DNA of 63,227 bases, filler included, from Kipferlia bialata (GCA_003568945.1; 5 parts of 5 records of this genome joined end to end with filler, not necessarily neighbours in it), one strand, 5' to 3'; positions 1 to 14,155 are shown, numbered from the whole stretch's first letter. Numbers and translations: made by a program. The notes: a model not told the origin generated them from the letters alone.

Positions 1-197
1 GTGTGGGGTTTCTGGTGTACCCCCCCCCCCCCCCCCCTCCTCCTTCCCACACTCCCATTTGCATCATCTCTCTCTCTCTCTCTCTTCTTTCTCTCTCCCT
101 CACCCCCAAGTCCCCCTCTTCGATGACACAGTCTCTTCCTCTCTCTCTCTCTCTCTCTCTCTCCCACCCTCACCCCCAGGTCCCCCTCTTCGATGAC

Positions 198-235
<38 letters not shown>

Positions 236-247
236 CCTCACCCCCAG

Positions 248-3200
248 GTCCCCCTCTTTGATGACACTGTGTCCTTTGGCCGGTATGCCTCCTTCATCCA
301 GAGGAGCAAGGAGGCAGCTGCTGCAATGGCACCCACACAGGGGGCAAGAGTAGGTAGGACAGCTGTGTCTCGCTCTCACTCGCTCTCACTCTCTCTTTAG
401 ACACACCCATGTGGTCCAGAGTAGGTGTGACATCTCCACCTCTACCTACCAAGTTCTTTCCTAACTCCCAGCTCTATCACGTGACACACTCTCTCCACTG
501 TTATCCCTTACTCTAGGCCTCCCCCTGGACACCCTGTCTCCCTATGCCTCTGTCTCTGGCACAGTGGACACAGACACAGGTAACTTGGTATATATTTTTA
601 CAGATAGATAGAGAGTGTGTGTGAGAAAGTGAGAGAGAGTGATATGGCACAGTGGACACAGACACAGGTGGGTGCATGTATGCATATATGCATGTGTATA
701 AAATATATATACCCACTTGTGCCTCTATATGTATATATACAGAGAGACAGAAAGAGAGAGAGAGAGAGATGCCACAGATACAGGTGTTTATGTTTACAAT
801 CTAGTATTACGATGCCTCCCTACTGTGACTGACCCCCAGGCACGGGTCTTGGGTACATGGTCAGTCTGCTGGAGAGAGAGAGCGAGGCACAAGGTGGGGC
901 AGATGTATACCTATATGTATACTATGTGTATAGATCATGTACCCTCTGTGCCCAGACTCTAGTGACTCTGACCCCACCCACCCTATCTCTCTCTCTCTAT
1001 TTCTCTCTCTCCCTAACCTCAGACTCTGTTGACTCTGACCCCACCCATGCACATACCCATGGCATAGAGGAGACCCCCCTAGGGACTCTCCTCAGACACC
1101 ACGGCAGCACACTGGTGGAGGACCACTGGGTACCCTCAGGGCACCATGTGCAGGAGATATGCGACAGGGTCACCCACCTCAAGCTGGATGACACACACTC
1201 CAGGCAGAGTGGGAGACAGAGTATGGGTACACCTGGCCAGAGGGTGTCAAGGGGCAGGGTGAAGGGGAGGGGGGTGGCCTCACCTGGCAGTGGTATCATA
1301 CGGAGGGGGAGCAGGAACGATCTGACCGAGGGAGACAGAGAGAGAGAGAGTAGCTCCCCTAGGAACTCCAGGAGCAGCAGTGTGGTGGGGGGTGGGGTGG
1401 GGCTAGGCAGGGAGGGGCCCATGTCGCCCCTGACCTGTGTGGACCTGGCACCATATACCCACCTGGTCTCTCTCTCCCTCTCCGTGCCTGGGGGTCCCCC
1501 TCTCCTAGTGGGTATACAGCCCCTCAAGCAGACTCTGACATCAATAGCAGTAACAAACACACCAATAGGTACAGTACAGTGTGGATATGGATATACTGTT
1601 TGCTCTATGTCATCCGCCCATTTAACACCCGAGGTATTCCCTATGGTATCCCTCAGTATCAGTATCAGTATAGGTCCTATGTATTTACTTATATACATAC
1701 CCTGCCTGTCTGACCCCCAGGCCTCCCCTCCGGCATCCTCCTAGCCGACCTAGGTGATGGTGGTCTGGACTCTGACCTGGGGGATGACACATTTGGCCTA
1801 TCAAGTCAGGGGGCAGACCTATATACCCGGCTGATGCAGGTACTGATGTTTATATGTGTATGTATATGTATATCATTAGTGTTTATTATAATGCTCTACA
1901 CACGGCTGATGCAGGTATGTATAGGGTGTGTATATACAGATATTCATGTAGAGTTATAGTGTATATGGTAGTGAGGTATCTTATCCCAGGTCCCCTCTCT
2001 GTCTGCTGACGCTGACCCCAACCATACCCCCAGTGGCACAGGCACCCACACACCTCTGTCCGGGGTAGGTGCCCATAGTGGCACACCCACTACCAGAGGC
2101 ATCATGAGTGGTATGAGTGGTGATAGCCCCACCCCATCTGGCCTAGGGGTGCGTGGTGTGCTGTCCCCAGGTACCCATGCACTGGGCACATACGACCTGG
2201 TGGTGCATAGGTCGCCATACAGGTAGGGGACATATGTATATATATACACACACACACACACACACTCTCTCTCACTCTAGGTGGGAGGCCCTGACCTCTC
2301 TCTCCCTCACCAACTGTGGCATAGCCGCCATGGACCCCTCCCTCCTTCTGCTGCCCTGCCTCACCAACCTGGACCTGTCCTACAACGATATCAGGTATAC
2401 TCTGGTGTATATGCATTCGTATATATGTACTAATTCTCATTTGTATACAGTGTATATATTACGAGCTTTACCGCCACTCTATATATTGCTTCTGAATGAT
2501 TATTCATACAAAGAATGAGAGAATGAGTGTGTGTGTGTTTTGAACCTACCCAGTGTGTATTACGTAGCCTCACCCCCAGACGTGTTGCCTATCTGTTCAT
2601 GTCTCCCTGTCTCCACACTGTCAACCTGTCCTTCAACAGAATAGCCAGTCTGCAGGGGATAGGGGCAGAGGTCGGATCAGTGGCAGACCTTAACTTGAGG
2701 TATCCAAGTCTAAGTATATATAATTGTTAGTATTAGTATTTGGTGCATATCTTCATATATGAGTGTGTATACAAATATTCCTCACCCCTCAGGGGCAATG
2801 AGCTCCGCAGTCTGGGTGGTCTGTCTGGACTGGTGGGGCTGGAGAGACTGGACCTGTCTAAGAACATGCTGCCTAGGTATTGTATGTGATATATATACAT
2901 ATATATGTATACATATACTCAGATGGTAGTATGTATAACACTATATACTAGAGGCTGGATCTGTCCAAGAACATGCTGCCTAGGTTTCAATATTAATATA
3001 TGCATTTATGATTGATATATGCATTTGTATTCATATGTGTGTGTGTGGTAGTTTGTGGTATTTCATATAGTAGAGGCTGGACCTATCGAAGAACATGCTG
3101 CCTAGGTATATATCATATGTATTTGAATATGTGTACATACTATATATATATATGTATGGTAGTATGATATATACTAGAGTCTAGATCTATCTAAGAACAT

Positions 3201-6200
3201 GCTGCCCAGGTATATGATATATATGTATATATATTAGTATATGTATACTTAGATGGTAGTGTGTATTATATAATATACTAGAGACTGGACCTATCTGAGA
3301 ACATGCTGCCCAGGTATAGGGTTTGTATATGCATATACATGTACATACAGACTTCAAGAGACACATTAGTCTGGACCTGCCCAAGAATATATATATAACC
3401 CCCCTCACCCCAGGTTCCAGTCCATCCTGCCCCTGGCCAACCTATGTATATGTTAGTCTATATTATCTTCATATATACTATGTATACTGTCGATATAGTA
3501 AAGCGTATGTACCCTGACCCCAGGTTCCAGTCCATCCTGCCCCTGGCCAAGCTACCTGTGCTGTACAGTCTGTTGCTGGAGGATAACCCCATGTGCACCC
3601 TGCCCCAGTACAGGTATGTGTAGATGTATATATATACTATATCATAGATGAGAGATATTGATTGATATAGAGTTCTTTACTAGTATTAGTATACATTCTA
3701 TTCAACCCAATATGCACCCTGCCACAGTACAGGTGGGTATATATATATATATGTATGTATATATTGATATTGATATAGAGTATATATGGGTATATGTACA
3801 CTCTATTCAACCCAATGTGCACCCTGCCCCAGTACAGGTATGTACAGATAGATATATATATATGTATATATATATTGATATTGATATTGATATAGAGTTA
3901 TATACATATATGGGTATATGTACACTCTAGTCAACCCCATGTGCACCCTGCCCCAGTACAGGTATGTATCCATTGTATCATTATAGTATACTAACCATGT
4001 ACCCCGGTACAGATAGGGCACAGACACCTAGGTACACATCCACTCTTCACCCTCCTCACCCCTAGGGTCCAGACCCTTATTCTCCTCTCCACCCTGTTGC
4101 AGGACAGAGGGGTCGGGTTCTGCCTCGACGAACTAGCACCCAGTCAGGTATGTATAATAATATACCATATTATATATACAATAATATATATATAGATATA
4201 GAAAAATTGTATATGACTTGTCCGTACTCCGTCTCGATGAGCTAGTACCTAGTCAGGTATTGATCTACAACACACAATTTCATACTCATACTTCATTTAG
4301 TGCCATAGTTTATCACCCGTCAGCCATGTTTATAACTGGCACCCAGTCAGGTGTATATATACCCACTAATACTTTCCACAAAGAATTGAATTAGAGTGTA
4401 TCATCTTCGTATCTTACCTGTCAGGAAGAGCTGCTCAAGGTGCACCGTGTGCTTGATAGGGCAGAGGCACGGAGGAGAGAGGCAGCCGTAGTAAGTGCCG
4501 ATGCAAGGGTGACACATCTGCTGAGGGGTGGGAAGGAGAGGGGGGAGAGCATGGAGTCTGAGGAGGAGGAGGGGGAGGGGGAGGAGAGTGACATGTCAGA
4601 TGAGGGGTCCTGGGGAGAGGGGCCAGGACTGGTGGTGGAGGAGGCGTACACACACACCTCACCCACCCTACCCACACACCCTGAGGCTGCAGATGGTCTT
4701 CAGTCCCTACAGTCCCCAGGGGGAGAGGGAGAGAGAGAGGGAGACGAGTCCACCCTGGAGGGGGACGAGGCCTCTGTGTGGTGCATAGATGGCACTGATA
4801 ACGAGGTGTCACTCACTGATAGAGAGAGAGTGCTGTCACCCGGGGGTACTGGGGTGGGGTCGCCTGGCCTCACTCCCTCTAGGACTAGGGGGAGGGGTAG
4901 ACGGAGAGGCGCTAGGATACAGCGGTACGCACATGGGTAAACCCTTCCATGACGGGATCCACTTCCCCCCTCTCTCATCCTCTCTGACCCTCAGACATAT
5001 TGTGGACATCCCACCCCTCCAGTCTGTCCAATATATACATACATACATATATATACACAAGCAGTACATATTTCCTTCTGACCCATCAGACACATTGTGG
5101 ACATCCTCCCCCCCTCCAGTCTGTCTGAGCCATTGGAGAGGGCACAGGGCGAGGTGGAGACACTCTTGACTAAGCTGGAGGACGCCCTGTGGCTCAGGGA
5201 CTATTGCAGGTATGCCCTTAGAGTAGTGTAATAGTATGCTATTCATGTCCTTCTTATAGTAGCATAGTAGTATACCTATGTCTCACCCCCAGGGCTGGCA
5301 AGGCCCAGGCCAGGGATGGCCGCCATGCCTCGTGGACATCGGTGCATATGGAGGTGTGTCACTACTCTATATACTGTGCACTCTCTCTTAATGACACATC
5401 CCTCATCTCACTTTCAGGGTGCCCCCACGTGTGCCGACCTCAGCCACATCTATGAGAGACTGACAGCACTCATAGACGGGTACCCATACTCAGTACGGGC
5501 TAGTATCACAGGTGGGTGTATCTGTAGTATAGTCCCTACCAAGTACCCCCCCCCCCCGTGGATATGTATGTGTATTAGCGTACCTGCATACTCCCTCTCA
5601 CCCCAGAGCAGTACATGTCTAGACTGTCCTCTCTGTCTGAGGCAGTGTATGCTGCTGAGACCGGGACAGATAGGGATGGGAGGGAGGGAGAGACTCTTGG
5701 GGGGCAGACTCTGCCTGCCACAGACTCCTCTCACTCTCTCTCCACATCCACCTCCCCACCCCATGCACTTGAGGTGAGTTCTCTCTCCTTCCAGGCTGGG
5801 ACATCCCTAGGCAGAGAGAGAAACAGACACCTGCTGCATGTAGAGGAGTCGGACACGGAGAGGGAGAGGGAGACAGCCATAGCACTCCAGGCATCTGCCC
5901 TTCCAGGTACACTGATTACTGATTCTAATAATGATCCTGTACACTGATACATTACTGATTACTGATACTAACACTGTATACTAGTACTGACACTGATACC
6001 CAGGTGGTGCCTCTGCCAGCCTTGTGTCCCAGGCACCTACTATGAGGGTGTTCCTATTGGACCAGGAGGTGCAGGTGGGGGATGTCTTAGATAGTACACT
6101 ATATTAATACGTGTATATCTTCTTACCCCCCAGGCCCTTGCCGATGCTGTGTCCACCCCGATGGTCCAGGGTGACACGCTCAGGAGAATGGCACAGAGGC

Positions 6201-9200
6201 TCAACAGGTATAGGGGGGTATATATGTAAATATATATAGAGAGAGAGTATATATGTGTATGTCTAGAATGGGTTGTATATATACAACATGAGAATGGCAC
6301 AGAGGCTCAACAGGTATGGCAGTGTCATTAGTTTGGCATCAGTGTAATCATGCTAGTGTATACACTACTACTCTGTACTTATCATTCTACCTGACCTCCA
6401 GGAGCATGCCTGTCCCCCTGGCCCTCAAGCATATACAGGACGCAGTGGACAAGGCAATCAAGATCACAGGTAGGGGCCTCTCTAGTGTATGTGTCTCTGT
6501 ATACTATGCCCCTCATACCCCAGGCGAGACCCCCCCCACCTACCCCGAGTACGATGAGTACAGGTCTCTCTGGACACACACCTCTGGTAGTGCCACAGTC
6601 AGACAGTACCTAGAAGCTAGGCGGAAGAGAAGCCTCGCTGTGAAGCAGGTACATATATCTACACTATACCCCTCACTCTTATACTGTCCAACTTACCATA
6701 GGCCTCTCTAGCCGTGGCCCAGCGCCGCATTCAGTACATCCAGCTGAGGGAGAGGCACATCAGAGGGACGGTGAGGGAGAACGACCCACCATTGGGGGAG
6801 GGGTACTTTGTGCTGCGTGATCCTGTGGCAGTCCTAGTGAGGTGCCCACTATAATCCTGTCTTCCTATAGTTACAGTCTCATATATACGTTATATTACGC
6901 GATGCTCACGGGTAGGAGACTGTTCAAGTACAACAGCAAGGACAGGGGTCACAGGCAGAGGGAGGATGAGAGAAAGGTGGTGCCCCCCCTTGTCCTGCTG
7001 TCCTATGCGGCAGATGCAGTGGCCAGGGAGGTGAGGGGGGTGGTGACCAGAGACGACTGCCCCAGGACGGCCTATGACTCACGGGTCCAGACATGCAGAC
7101 TGGCCAGTCTCTACCAGGTAGGGAGTGTGTGTGTATGTATACTGTATAGGCGCCATCTGTTCGGGTGGGTGTGTGTGGTGGATAGGAGTTACGTGTGGGT
7201 TAGTGTGTAAGTGGTCATTAAGGTCTCTCTGACCCCCTAGGCCATGGAGGAGAAGGAGAGAGAGAAGAGGGAGGAGGAGGCGAGAGAGAGAGAGAGAGAG
7301 GAGAAGGCCCGCCACACCTCCACCCTCAACACGTCTGACCTCGACCTAGAGCATGACAGTGAGGACATAGACAGTCTGGAGGAGGCAGAGAGAGAGGCAG
7401 AGAGAGAGGCAGAGGCCCTGGCTGAGGAGTCTGAGACTGATAGACTGCCTGTCCTCGTATCCATGTACCCAGACTCTGACCCTGTGACTGGGGTACTCAC
7501 ACTGGGGGACGGGGTGCCTAGAAGGGCCACCCTCATATACGACAGACATAGTGACACCTTACTGGCCTTCCCCTCGGAGAGAAGGAGACACCAGCTGTAC
7601 GGGGGGCCCATACTACCTGTGGGGAGACCTGAGCCCATCAGGCAGTGGCCAATGCGTACGTGCACACAGTATCTATATACGTATATATATATATATATAC
7701 ATATATATATCCGTCACTAATGGATGTATACTTGTGTGTACATAACCCCCGCCTCCCACCCCAGGTGACCTAGTTGCCCCTCTGTGTGTCAGTGGTATAA
7801 TGGGACCTACCCTGACCCTGCTCTTCTGCAACGCTCGCAAGGTATAGTATACATGATACACTTCACATTACTATATATTTCCATTCACCCCAGGCCTCTG
7901 TGTCCGATGCCCACCCAGTTGTGCATGCCCTGAGGGCAGACCCCATATACCCTCTGCCCCTGGCCACACTGGGTATGGTCATGTATATATATAGTGTGTA
8001 TATATATATATATATAGATAGATGGATGGACACGCATGTATATATGTGTACCCTCTGCCCATGGCCACACTGGGTATGGACATGTGTATATATAGACATG
8101 CATGTATATATATATATCCGTATGTCCTCCCACCCACCCCCCTCACCCCCCAGACCGCCTTAGGTCCATGCAGTACCCAGACAGAGAGGGCAAGGGACTG
8201 CTCCCCCTAGCATGTGCTGACAGTATGGTGTCTGCTGAGGCGTCTCTTAGGGGTCTAGTCTACAGTGCCTGTGCCATCCAGTTTGAGGTGGACGGGGAGG
8301 GTGTCTGCAAGGGTCTGAACTCTCTCATGGGCGGGGTGATAGGGCCCTACATACTGAGGAGGGATAGGCTGGAGGCACGGCACAGGAGGAGTCACGGGGT
8401 GCAGACGGCACAGTGCTTCTGGACACTATGCATGGGGTGCTCTAGGTATATATGTGACTTCATATATATATAGTTATGCATTAGTATATGTGTATGGGCA
8501 CACTACCTCTTATCGCCAGGACCTTCCGCGCCACCCCCTCCGGCTTCTGCCCCTTCTGCCGGAGAGGATGCTATGCATGGGACATACGCACAGTGAGGGA
8601 GATGCCAGAGACAGGTGAGGAGACACCCATAGGGGGAAGTGCCTCTGTGATGGACAGGTCTCTCTCTCTCTCTCTCTCTCAGACAGAGAGGGAGGGGTCA
8701 GTGCTAGAGGCATCCACCGCCTCTGCCTCTGCCTCTCTCCGCTCCCCTGGTCCCTCTGCACCCCCTAGCCCCACTATGTCCCAGGTTGGCAAGGAGGTGC
8801 TAGACACAAAGAGCCCAGGGTACATCCTGAGGCCTCTGAGGGCTGGTGTGCTACTAGACAGGCCCCAGCTGAGTGAGAGGCTGGCCATATGTGGAGGGAT
8901 ATACGGTGAGGAGGCTGGCACTGCAACTGGTGACAATGAGGATGGTGCAGAGGGTGTAGACCACCTAGAGGGTATGTCTGACCCTGTCAACAGTGACTAC
9001 CAGAGTGGGTGTGAGTGGGCAGGGGGCATGGGGGTAGATGGGGCAGCACCTGGCATGGATGACATGGGAGTGGAGGTCAACGCAGAGGTGCCTCTGCCAT
9101 CAGTGCTGATGAGGAGGTCGGCATTCCTTCCCACAGACACAGACCCCATCACCAGTCCCTTGTATGCACAAGTGCTCAGGTAGGGTGATACTGGGTGTTT

Positions 9201-11346
9201 ATCCACTCATTCATACTCCGTCTGTACTACGAGATATACCAACACCAACCACCAGGCAGGGATGTCGATCCCTGCCTCCACTCCTTCCTATTTACTCATA
9301 GTGGTACCTGTTGGCCCTACTGTATATATATGTGTGTGTATACATGAGCCTAATATATGTATCTCTGTATACACCAACCCCCAGGGATGTCGAGCCCTGC
9401 CTCCACTCCTACATCGAGATGGGTGTGGGTCAGGCCCGGTGTCCAGAGCCTGTGCTGAGATGCACGGCAGCAACCACACACCCAGAGACATACAGGCAGA
9501 GGTAGGGGCTTGTGGAGTACATTCACTCTGAGAGTCTTGTCTTGTTTGTATATATATACGTCTGACCCCCCAGGTACATCTCCTCATATATAGTCTTGTC
9601 TTCATTGCATGTGTACTTCTGACTCAGGTACATCTCCTCGTATGAGAGGACCTTCCCCGGTGCCTCTCATCACATGGCCGGGGCAGCGAGGGGGGGTGAG
9701 GGGCTGGTGGCCAGGTATGCGGTATATACATATACATATATAGTAGACCGTGGACTCTAAGCAAGTCTGTCTGCTAACCCCCCAGGGGCTATGGTAATAA
9801 TTCATTATATATGTACAGAGTGTATATATATACTGATCCTTATATTACTGATCTCCAGGGGCTATGACAAGAACGCTGTGCTCCCCCCCACCCAACCCAT
9901 GCGGGGTATGGCCATGGACCTGGATACCACCTATCTCCATCCTGTGTCGGTGCCGGCTGATGACCTGAGTGTGCTGGCATCCCCAGAGGTCATGCAGGTA
10001 TAGAAATGTGTGTATATACATATATGTAATCACACCAGTATATCTATATTCATAAATATAACCCTCACCCCCAGCTCCTTCTGGAGGACGGCATGCCAAT
10101 GTCCACTATTAATATATATATATATATACATGTATGTTCATCTACATACCTCACCCCCAGCTCCTTCTGGAGGACGGCATGCCGCGCCTCCCCTTCTCCC
10201 TGCTCAGCCACTGCCTAGAGGTACCCTTCAAGCAGCAGTGGACGCAGTGGCAGGAGAGTAGCACCCAGACATCAATGGGTGACATGGGTGATGTGGATGG
10301 TGACACTGTAGAGGCAGAGTATGGGGAGGAGCTGGTCTCGGCCTGGATAGTGTCTGTGTGCATGTTCCACCAGCCAGAGTCACGGGCCGTGCTCGCCATG
10401 TACCTCACCAACAGACGCATACTCCTGGCAAGGTGGGTGTATGCACACACAGTGTCTCCATCGTTATGTGTGGATTGTGTGTATACTTGCTCCCCCGTAT
10501 CGTGTTGATTGTGTGTATACAATCCCCCTTTAACCCCAGGTTTGAGGACTCCTGTGACGATGACTCTGAGTACTACAGAGTCAACACATACCTGTCTGTG
10601 GCCCACCCCCCTAGGGTCATACCATACGCGGCATACCCACTCACAACGGTGGGAGAGGTGAGACTTATTGCTGTATATATATATAGAGAGAAATCAGCTG
10701 ACAATGCAATGCGACCTACATATCATGTGTATTGTCCCCTACCCCCAGGTCCGTGTAGGTCTTGCTGGGCAGCGCCTGAGGATTGAGTTCCAGACCGACC
10801 CATACACGGATGAGATCAGAGCACCCCTAGTGCTATCACTCAGGGATGCCAGACTGGCAGTGGAGGTGGCGTCTGGGCTGGAGAGACAGGTCGAGGCGGT
10901 GTATGCACAGAGACAGGTGAGGGGGGGCATATCTCTCTCTTCTGTCCACATCTCGGCTTAGTTTTGTGATATATATGTCTCTCTCCCTCAGCACATCCTT
11001 ATGCCAGATCACTGTCCCCTCCTCCTTCCGGGTGATCGATGAGAGAGAGGACACAATGACTGCCCTAGGTAGGCGCGCTGGTGATACGATGTGTCTTACA
11101 TAAGATCGTATCGTATGTTTTGGTCACAAGACGTAAGCTTGTGTTTCAACATGGATTATTCTGACCCCCAGGTGTATCCCTTGATAGACCCTTTGAGCCT
11201 GTGGAGAGGCTGCTTGGATACAGTGTCATGTGGTACAGCATAAACACTAGGTATGGGGTGTGTATTGATGACGGACTTGTGTATACATCTATCTGCATTC
11301 ATCCATACCCCTTACCCCCAGGATGGACAGCACCAGATACATATGT

Positions 11347-11391
<45 letters not shown>

Positions 11392-12252
11392 GTTTCTCCT
11401 GCCTCACCCCTGGGATGGTCTCTATCTCTCATATATATATATAGATAGATAGATAGATATTGATAGATGCCCCTCACCCCCAGGATAGGCAGGACCATAT
11501 TTACATGTATGTAGTACATACATATATATATATATTTATGTGTATACACGGCCTAATCTATACATCTTATCCATAGGATGGGCAGGACCAAGAAGGACAC
11601 CGAGCGTCGACCCCTGGAGGAGGGTGCTCTGCTAGTCACCAACAGGAGACTGGTGCTGTTGGTAGAGGACTATGTGCACCATCCTACCAGTAGGATATTC
11701 GAGCCAGACATGTTTGTCACAACCCCACACTTCAGACAGGTGGGTATGAGTATATATACACTTATGTGTATAGTGTGTTGTCTTCCCCCCTAACCCCCTA
11801 GGTGGCAGGTGCCGACCGTTCCCTGTCTGAGGTGGAGGGTGTGCATGTCACAAGGCACAGGGCACGGGCAGAGCACAGGGAGTACACAGACTGCGTAGTC
11901 ATAAGGTGTGTGGGAGAATAGCAGTTATATACCATAACTTATAGTGGATTTAGCTTCATGAGTGAGTCATGGTGTCTCACCCCAGATTTGCCCAGGACCT
12001 GTCCTCCGGCATGAGGGGCAGGGGTGGGACCAAGACAGAGTGGAGGCTGTACTTCGAGGACTGGCTCCACAGGGCTAGGTATACATGAATTTGTATATAT
12101 ACATCTGAATCTGGTGGTGGAAGTGTTTACCCCCATGGCATCTGGTTTCTTATGCATATAAGCCTTATATATGTATATGTATATGCCCTTACCCTAGGTT
12201 TGTGGTGCAGCTTGGCGCCATGATGCCAGGGGTCAAGATACAGGCCATGTAG
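248..12252 (+). CDS. STK11-interacting protein (LIP1)/nischarin-like LRR protein, multi-exon, 5'-partial
   Basis: Spliced LRR exons (~2281-2394, 2579-2699, 2793-2876, 3523-3613, 4066-4147) give WEALTSLSLTNCGIAAMDPSLLLLPCLTNLDLSYNDIR...LNLRGNELRSLGGLSGLVGLERLDLSKNMLPRFQSILPLAKLPVLYSLLLEDNPMCTLPQYR...GFCLDE. This matches the STK11IP/NISCH LRR plus LRR-cap from memory. Later exons have a CxxC..CPFC Zn-ribbon-like motif (~8430-8560) and PH-like LTNRRILL/LVTNRRLVLL segments. Stop TAG at 12250-12252. That the whole span is one gene is inferred. Confidence 0.7.
2952..3313 (+). repeat. Four intronic tandem copies (~110-bp period) of the exon 3' end plus donor at 2845-2876
   Basis: Copies at 2952-2983, 3074-3105, 3178-3209 and 3282-3313, each followed by GT. 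Confidence 0.9.
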
Positions 12253-12563
12253 AGTGTATATACAGGCCATGTAGAGGGATTTTTGTAATGGGTGAGGCTA
12301 GAGTGTCTAGTTGGTTGGTCTGATGACTTGCTCTTCATGCTATGAGGGTGTAGATCATCTTGTGCTCGGGTAGCCTCCCCACCTAATTTAATATTTATTT
12401 GTGTATAGTAATACCCCAGAGTATTGGGTGTTGTAGCAATAGAGTTGAGGAGATAGGTCCATAATCAACACGTTTTCCGACGCTGTACTGAATTGAATAA
12501 GGGTTTTAGATCTTCAGAGTTTTTTAACTGGACGAATCTCCTTGACTTCGCTTTGTATCGCAC

Positions 12564-13865
12564 ATGATCGTATCGCTGCTGCTGTGTGCGTGTGCGTGCC
12601 TGGCCCTGGGCAGTGTGCCCCCCAGTGGGTTCATGACCTCCCTAGACATAGAGGCCATAACCAACATACAGGACACATTCCTGCCAATGTGAGTGGAGTC
12701 TATGTATACACGTGTCATCTCACCCACAGTCTGAAGGTGGTAGTATCACATTCCCCACACGGATATATTGCATTTATACACCATTTTCGTGTAATGGTAG
12801 CTCTACACACCCCGTGGATCTCCCTATACCATGGTTATACTGGAGTGGATGAGTATCCATACACATGAACAGTAACCATACACCTATGTCTCTTCTGACC
12901 ACCCAGGCTTGAGGCAGCATTTACGTCCATCACAGTCCCCGATGTCAGCATAGAGGACATAGACACACCTCTAGGTACGTGATGGGGTTGAGATATACAC
13001 TATTGGTAATTGGATATGTGCCAAAACGGCTAACTTGGGACAATTGAGAGATACCTCCACTGCGTCTCTTTCTATATCGATACTAGAAGACATACTGAAT
13101 ACAGAGGTAGACCAGTATTACCTTAGTCTGTGTGAAGTTGGGGCAGTGACATATGTAAACTCTCTGTCAACCCAACCGCTCTATGAGCTGCTCCTAGTCT
13201 CTCTACCTCTCTCTTCTCTCTCTCCTTCTCCCTCTCTCCCCAACCCCAGGCCATGCCGGGTTTGAGCTGTCTAACATAGCCATAGACGTGGCACACTGGG
13301 GGGTCACAAACGTCAGGTGGGTATGTATCTATATTCATATATGTCAGACTCGTTACCCAGGGATACCTTTCTCTTTCTCTCTCTCTCTCTCTTAAACTAC
13401 TTCCACCTCTCACCCCAGGTTCACCCCCTCTGGCATCCATGTCTCCATCTCTGGGTTCAGTATGAAGGGTGTCATGGACTGGCACTACCACACAAGGCTC
13501 CTATCAGACGGGGGGTGAGGCTAGATATATGTGTATACATACTGCTAGTGGCAGAGGGGGCGTGAGGCAGATATACCGAGTATGGATGTGTACTATACTC
13601 CTAGTATACTATACTCCACATAATCAGACTGCAATACAAGTAGGTACCAATGCTTTCCTCACCCCAGCCTGGCTGACCTGACTGTGGACAGTGTGTCCAT
13701 AGAGTTCACACTCGGCATACACGACAATGGGGGGAAGGTATGGGTTAGGTCTCTCCTTGCTCTCCCTCTCTCTATATATATATACATACACTGTATACAA
13801 TGTATCACCCTCACCCCAGCTGCTGGTCGATGTGCCTGAGATCCGTGTGCACATCGGGGAGATAG
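12564..13865 (+). CDS. BPI/LBP (TULIP) family secreted lipid-binding protein, 3'-partial
   Basis: Signal peptide MIVSLLLCACACLALG, then GFMTSLDIEAITNIQDTFLPM/LEAAFTSITVPDVS.../FTPSGIHVSISGFSMKGVMDWHYHTRLLSDGG/LADLTVDSVSIEFTLGIHDNGGK/LLVDVPEIRVHIGEI, the pattern of the BPI N-terminal barrel. Runs into the contig end. Confidence 0.7.
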
Positions 13866-13943
13866 GTATGGATAGGCTGGGTGTAGACTCATAGGTCTCT
13901 TCAAGAGAGATAGTCTCTCTGTGTGTGTCTCTCTCTCTCTCTC

Positions 13944-13980
<37 letters not shown>

Positions 13981-14080
13981 NNNNNNNNNNNNNNNNNNNN
14001 NNNNNNNNNNNNNNNNNNNNNNNNTTAATTAATTAANNNNNNNNNNNNNNNNNNNNNNNNNNNNNNNNNNNNNNNNNNNN
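13981..14080. other. Artificial contig spacer (N-TTAATTAATTAA-N)
   Basis: Six-frame stop linker flanked by Ns. Confidence 0.98.
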
Positions 14081-14130
<50 letters not shown>

Positions 14131-14155
14131 AATATCTGCGTCCTGACATGCAGAA

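Noticed and set aside
2845..3313. Repeat-spacer pattern resembling a CRISPR array
   Set aside because: The repeats are copies of an exon end plus GT donor, the spacers are related (TA)n-rich intron sequence, the context is eukaryotic and there are no cas genes.
2952..3313. Echoes as cassette micro-exons adding LRR units
   Set aside because: Although preceded by TAG, they are 32 nt (frame-shifting singly), lack the CTNAC branch motif and cover only part of an LRR. Not excluded without RNA data.
13981..14080. Recurrent TTAATTAATTAA flanked by Ns every ~14 kb, as a biological periodic element
   Set aside because: Standard six-frame-stop linker between size-sorted contigs. Gene neighbourhoods across spacers are meaningless.
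13945..14129. Poly-C/poly-G tracts at contig ends as telomeres
   Set aside because: Homopolymers within introns where the assembly broke (also ~28021 and 63181-63227). No telomeric repeat unit.
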